Origin: a virus
IMG/VR virus record: IMGVR_UViG_3300024978_000001
DNA length: 64,000 bases
Reading direction: 5' to 3' (one strand)
Shown: positions 59,354-64,000 of the stretch, piece after piece
How the letters are laid out: the number at the start of each line of letters is the position of its first letter
Numbering within the stretch: the stretch's first letter is position 1
Translations under genes and position numbers: made by a program
Notes under the pieces: model-generated
What the model was told of the DNA's origin: nothing
The model's database searches: none
Seen by the model: only the letters and a program-made list of their open reading frames with translations

Positions 59354-59857
59354 CTACTGAGGCATAACCACTTTGTGTTTGCCTTCGGTATCGAGCCGTC
59401 CGGAGCCGGCGACGAAGCCTGTCGGAGACAGCGACGTCGGGTCTGGCACTGCTGCCCCAGGACGGTGGACAGGCGTATTGCTGCCATCCCACGGCTCCCT
59501 CGCGGGCGGGGGCGGCCGGCTGGCGAGCTCGGCCTCATGGCGCTCGCGCGCCCTCTTGCCGGCGTTCTGCTCGGCTTCAAGCGCTGCGCGCTGACGATCT
59601 GTCATCGGCGGCGGCTTGTAGGCGTTCTTCTTTGCTTCGGCTTGCGCGGCGTGGTCGCGCATCCGCTGCATGAGATGCTCGCGGCCTTGCGCCATGACCG
59701 AGACGAGGCTCTCGTCTTCCCGAGACTCTTCGCGCGCTGCTTCCGCTGGCGCCGCGTTCGCCGGGGGTTCGAGTCGGTCCAGCACTTTGCTAAACCGCTC
59801 GTCGATGTCAGCCGCGCTCTGCGGGCTCGCTTCCGCTTGGTTGTCGTTCGGTTGCAT
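59354..59857 (-). CDS. hypothetical protein (167 aa)
   Basis: ATG at 59857 with AGGAGAAG upstream (ORF open from GTG at 59911). Charged and helical. Confidence 0.5.
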   Translation of the reverse strand: MQPNDNQAEASPQSAADIDERFSKVLDRLEPPANAAPAEAAREESREDESLVSVMAQGREHLMQRMRDHAAQAEAKKNAYKPPPMTDRQRAALEAEQNAGKRARERHEAELASRPPPPAREPWDGSNTPVHRPGAAVPDPTSLSPTGFVAGSGRLDTEGKHKVVMPQ

Positions 59858-59968
59858 TGACTTCTCCTGAGTACGCTTTCTGTTGGCCACCTGAACCTCC
59901 GCGTATGGCACCGTGGTCGGCCCGTTCGGACCGTCCTTGTGTGAATGGTAGGGATGAAGGGCGGCGGC

Positions 59969-60142
59969 TCACTTCTTGGGCCCGTGGTAGTTCTTCTGGC
60001 CTGGGGCCGCGCCTTTGGAACGCGCGATTTCGCCGATCACAGCTTTCGGCACACCTTGCGACGCAAGCTGCGCGGCGCGGCCGCCGTGCCCTAGCTTGTT
60101 GCTCTTGCCGTGAAAACTTCCCGACTTCTTCGTGTTACCCAT
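59969..60142 (-). CDS. possible 57-aa basic Gly/Lys-rich protein
   Basis: ATG at 60142 with AAGGA 9 nt upstream. MGNTKKSGSFHGKSNKLGHGGRAAQLASQGVPKAVIGEIARSKGAAPGQKNYHGPKK. Below the ORF-track cut-off. Confidence 0.4.
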   Translation of the reverse strand: MGNTKKSGSFHGKSNKLGHGGRAAQLASQGVPKAVIGEIARSKGAAPGQKNYHGPKK

Positions 60143-60146
60143 ACGA

Positions 60147-60566
60147 TCAGTCCTTTCGGTTGATGATGGCGTGGGCGATGCCGACGCCGCCCGACGTAAT
60201 GAATATCCCGCCGATAATCAGGCCGCCCCAATCGGTGAGCAGCGCATATTTCAACGGCGGTGTCGTGCCCCACCCCAGACACAGGTCCCAGACGATCACC
60301 TTGTTGAGGTAGAAGATGAATGGGAATGCAAAGCCAACCACGACGAACGACAGCACCCATGACGACGCAACAGCCTGCATCCAGCCTACTTTGGCCTGGT
60401 TGCTTGCCACCTCCGCTTGGACTGCGGCGACTGCAACGTCGCGGGTCGTGCCCCAGCGCGCCTGGTACATCGACACCTTGCTATCGTACACCTTGCCGAC
60501 CACGAACTGCGCGAGCGCAGTGAAGCCAGGGATCAGATGCAGGAGCGAGAGAAGGGCCGCGATCAT
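60147..60566 (-). CDS. multi-pass membrane protein, holin candidate
   Basis: Three or four hydrophobic helices (IAALLSLLHLIPGFTALAQFVV; SSWVLSFVVVGFAFPFIFYL; WGGLIIGGIFITSGGVGIAHAII). Lies in the lysis cassette. Confidence 0.55.
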   Translation of the reverse strand: MIAALLSLLHLIPGFTALAQFVVGKVYDSKVSMYQARWGTTRDVAVAAVQAEVASNQAKVGWMQAVASSWVLSFVVVGFAFPFIFYLNKVIVWDLCLGWGTTPPLKYALLTDWGGLIIGGIFITSGGVGIAHAIINRKD

Positions 60567-60802
60567 TTAGGCCCTCGTTGCCAGTCTTCACGCCGGCGCC
60601 GCAAGAGCTCGGCGACGAACCCGTTCACGAGGATGTAGCACTGCAGCAGACGGTGGTCGCTGATGAATGCGGTCATGTCGACCTGTTGCGCGGCGGTGTA
60701 GAACGCGAAGAACACAAACTGCATGCGCGCCCACAGGATCGTTTCGCTCGAACGAAACGACGCGTGAAACCTCGCCCACCAACCTCGAACTGTCTGTTTC
60801 AT
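60563..60802 (-). CDS. small membrane protein (79 aa), lysis-cassette component
   Basis: ATG at 60802 forms an ATGA overlap with the endolysin stop. Hydrophobic ILWARMQFVFFAFYTAAQQV. Confidence 0.45.
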   Translation of the reverse strand: MKQTVRGWWARFHASFRSSETILWARMQFVFFAFYTAAQQVDMTAFISDHRLLQCYILVNGFVAELLRRRREDWQRGPK

Positions 60803-61593
60803 ATGTGCACCACTTTGTTCGCCGCAGCGGCGGCGCGCTCGTGGAGCAGCTCGTAAACCACTCCAGCAGCAACGACAGCGCCGCACGCGGCGGCGATGCC
60901 CCACCACGGAGCGCCGGCGGCGTAGCCCGCAGTGCCGACAGCGACAACGCCGCCCACTGCCGGGGCGCTGGCGGACTTCGCTGCGTGCGTAGCTTTCGGC
61001 AGTCCGGGAATAACATTGGGCGGCGGCGGCACAGCAGTCGGCTTCCGCGTACCTCCGGCGGCAAGCTGTTTGCTGTAACTACGAAGATCTTCCACACGCT
61101 TTTGCCAGCCGCGGCCGAACTCCTTCCACGCCTCGCCATTCCGGATCGACCGCATGAACTTGAGCCGCTCGGCGCAGGTTTCGTCGATCAGCCACCAGGG
61201 GTCGACCTTCCCGACCGCCTTGACGAGCGCTGCGTCCATCTTGTTACCGCCTGGCGTGTTAAGCAGGCGGCGCCACACCAGGACGGGGCGCGCAACCCCG
61301 GAGTTGACCCCGTAATCGAGCCCGACCACATCGACCCCAGACGGCAAATCGTCGAAGTAGAGCGGCAACGCGTACTTGAGACGGTAGATCTGCTCGGCTT
61401 CGTCCAGCGTCATAGCCCGCACGATCGGCGCCCACGCCGCCATCGACGTCATCTTCTCATGGCGAAACTCGGCGAGGTCGTAGCAAGTGATGCCGTACTT
61501 CGTCGGTCCGCCGGTGTCCTTCTTGTTCCACCCATAACCGCCTTCGTAGTCGTGGATCAGGCGGTCAATGAAAGCCGTGTAGTTGGCGTACAT
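60799..61593 (-). CDS. endolysin, glycoside hydrolase family 108-like with a peptidoglycan-binding region and a hydrophobic C-terminal segment
   Basis: YEGGYGWNKKDTGGPTKYGIT matches the GH108 E-G-G-x...D-x-G-G-x-T-x-x-G-I signature. The C-terminus is VGGVVAVGTAGYAAGAPWWGIAAACGAVVAAGVVY. Confidence 0.8.
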   Translation of the reverse strand: MYANYTAFIDRLIHDYEGGYGWNKKDTGGPTKYGITCYDLAEFRHEKMTSMAAWAPIVRAMTLDEAEQIYRLKYALPLYFDDLPSGVDVVGLDYGVNSGVARPVLVWRRLLNTPGGNKMDAALVKAVGKVDPWWLIDETCAERLKFMRSIRNGEAWKEFGRGWQKRVEDLRSYSKQLAAGGTRKPTAVPPPPNVIPGLPKATHAAKSASAPAVGGVVAVGTAGYAAGAPWWGIAAACGAVVAAGVVYELLHERAAAAANKVVHI

Positions 61594-61603
61594 TGGCGCC
61601 TCC

Positions 61604-61936
61604 TTAAGCGTGCGGCGCCTCCGGCGCGGGTGCGGCCGGCGCGGGCACTGGCGTTACCGTGGCGGTAACGGACGGGACCTGGACCTGAGCGGGCGGCGCT
61701 GGGGTTGGAGCGGGCGGAGGAACGGGAACGATCTTCGAGAAGACATCCGCCACCGCGGCTTTAACGTCGGCCTTGGCCTTGGCCTCGACGTTCGCCATCG
61801 CCGACCGAAATTCGGCTGAGGTACCGGAAACCCAGTCCTTGATCTTCTGGCTGAACAGAACTCCGGCGACGAGAGACGCCGTACAAAGAACAGCGGTGCT
61901 GGTAGCGTAGCTGATAGCGGTGGTGAGGAACGGCAT
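61604..61936 (-). CDS. N-terminally anchored membrane protein with a Pro/Ala-rich tail (110 aa); holin, spanin or antiholin candidate
   Basis: MPFLTTAISYATSTAVLCTASLVAGVLF, then a helical segment, then PVPPPAPTPAPPAQVQVP. Confidence 0.55.
   Translation of the reverse strand: MPFLTTAISYATSTAVLCTASLVAGVLFSQKIKDWVSGTSAEFRSAMANVEAKAKADVKAAVADVFSKIVPVPPPAPTPAPPAQVQVPSVTATVTPVPAPAAPAPEAPHA
61654..61668. repeat. TTACCG-N3-CGGTAA palindrome copy
   Basis: TTACCGTGGCGGTAA, inside 61604..61936 (V-T-A-T-V). Confidence 0.95.
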
Positions 61937-61951
61937 GGCGCGACATCCAGG

Positions 61952-62251
61952 TTATGGCGGAATAACGGTGAAGTTGATCGTGTCGATCACGATTTCACCG
62001 AGCGTGTCCGTTACCTGAACCTGTACGCTAAAGGCTTCGTTTATCGAGCCGCCGCTCACCCAGAAGAAAAGGTCGTCTGCAGTGACGGAGGCTTGATCGA
62101 CAGTCACATCTGCGGGAGCGGGCGCGACCACGGTTGCGCTAAAGCCGGTCGACTGGTTGAGCGTGCGGCCGTCGTCAAGCCAGTCGCGGTACTCGACTTT
62201 GTACCGCGTCTTGTTGCCAGCCGTGTGTTGTTTGCGCGCAAGCAGCATCAT
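61952..62251 (-). CDS. hypothetical protein (99 aa)
   Basis: ORF track. Beta-rich. Confidence 0.55.
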   Translation of the reverse strand: MMLLARKQHTAGNKTRYKVEYRDWLDDGRTLNQSTGFSATVVAPAPADVTVDQASVTADDLFFWVSGGSINEAFSVQVQVTDTLGEIVIDTINFTVIPP

Positions 62252-62346
62252 TTCCTCGCTGGACGTATAATGGCGTTGTTCACCGGCGGCCGAACGATGG
62301 TGCGATCAACTGCTGGGCGATGAATGGTGTTGTTCATGGGCCGCTC

Positions 62347-63081
62347 TCAATTCATCACTGCGGTCACAGTAGTCGCGCTCGACGGGGCTAACGCGATCAC
62401 CGCCGCGTCTACAATGAGGCCGGCGTTGGCGACGACGGCACCAGAATAATCCAACGCAACAGCCTGGGAGCTAAGAGCAGATCCGTATGCGTTCGCCGAA
62501 ACGATCTCGAACGCCACGGACACTCCGCCTATGTTTGCGATAGCGAGGAGCGAAGTAAACCCGGTCGGAGTACGCCCTGATGTCATCGTGTTTTGCCGGG
62601 CGCCACCGAACGCCAAAGCTAGTGGTATCTGCTGCGTACTTATCGTTGCCGACGGCGCCGCGTTCCCTGACACGGCTTGGGACCCAGGAAGGGATGCGTC
62701 CGTATCCCAAGGTGAGGCTGGGTTATACAAACTCTTGAGCGCCACCACGCCCAAGCACGCGTCGTCAATGGTGACGTTCGCTGTAACCGTAATGGTGGTC
62801 GCCCCGGCGGTCGGCTTCAACGCCCACCATACTTCAAGAGCGTTACGCCGTGAGTCGTTTCCCTGCCACGGGAGCGCCTTTCGCTTGGCCCACGTCAGCC
62901 CCGCCGTGTCCGAAACACTCGACACCGAGATGCCGCTTGGCGCGCCCGCGTTCGATTGTTCGGCATAGAAACAGACAACGAGCACCTCGTTTGCGCCAGC
63001 CGTGGTTATCGACACCGCTCCATTGGTCGCCGTGCTAAACTTGCCGCTCGCTTGCGTGTCGATATAGTCCAAAGTCGCCAT
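62347..63081 (-). CDS. hypothetical fibre-associated protein (244 aa)
   Basis: ORF track. Immediately downstream of the collagen-like fibre gene. Confidence 0.6.
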   Translation of the reverse strand: MATLDYIDTQASGKFSTATNGAVSITTAGANEVLVVCFYAEQSNAGAPSGISVSSVSDTAGLTWAKRKALPWQGNDSRRNALEVWWALKPTAGATTITVTANVTIDDACLGVVALKSLYNPASPWDTDASLPGSQAVSGNAAPSATISTQQIPLALAFGGARQNTMTSGRTPTGFTSLLAIANIGGVSVAFEIVSANAYGSALSSQAVALDYSGAVVANAGLIVDAAVIALAPSSATTVTAVMN

Positions 63082-63090
63082 CGACGATCC

Positions 63091-64000
<910 letters not shown>

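Overview
The window holds one complete, wrapped copy of a high-GC tailed-phage genome with a period of 63,493 bp. Positions 63494-64000 repeat 1-507 exactly, and the junction lies inside a repeat-rich collagen-like fibre gene. On the circle there are two transcription blocks. A rightward early/replication block (22129-46378) carries many small unknown ORFs, a MoxR-like AAA ATPase, a VWA-zincin protein, family A DNA polymerase, MazG, DUF4406-like and DUF5664-like proteins, a Cas4-like nuclease, VRR-NUC, an SNF2 helicase, an SSB-like protein and a primase-helicase. A leftward late block runs from 19816 down to 1 and continues from 63493 down to about 46290. It carries a wHTH regulator, a phosphoesterase, TerL, portal, fibre-like genes, a glycosylation cassette, scaffold, capsid, a collagen fibre, a lysis cassette, tail and internal virion proteins, and a 1727-aa giant protein. 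The blocks diverge at a visibly AT-rich, repeat-dense control region (about 21396-22128) and converge near 46.3-46.4 kb. I saw no intact integrase, no convincing tRNA, no CRISPR array and no RNA polymerase. The strongest unexplained signal is a 15-bp palindrome, TTACCG-N3-CGGTAA. It occurs 17 times perfectly (22 times allowing one mismatch), in intergenic DNA and in coding DNA of unrelated genes in both blocks. All functional calls rest on motifs read by eye in the supplied translations; no database search was run. Many long ORFs in the track are antisense shadows typical of GC-rich DNA and were not called.
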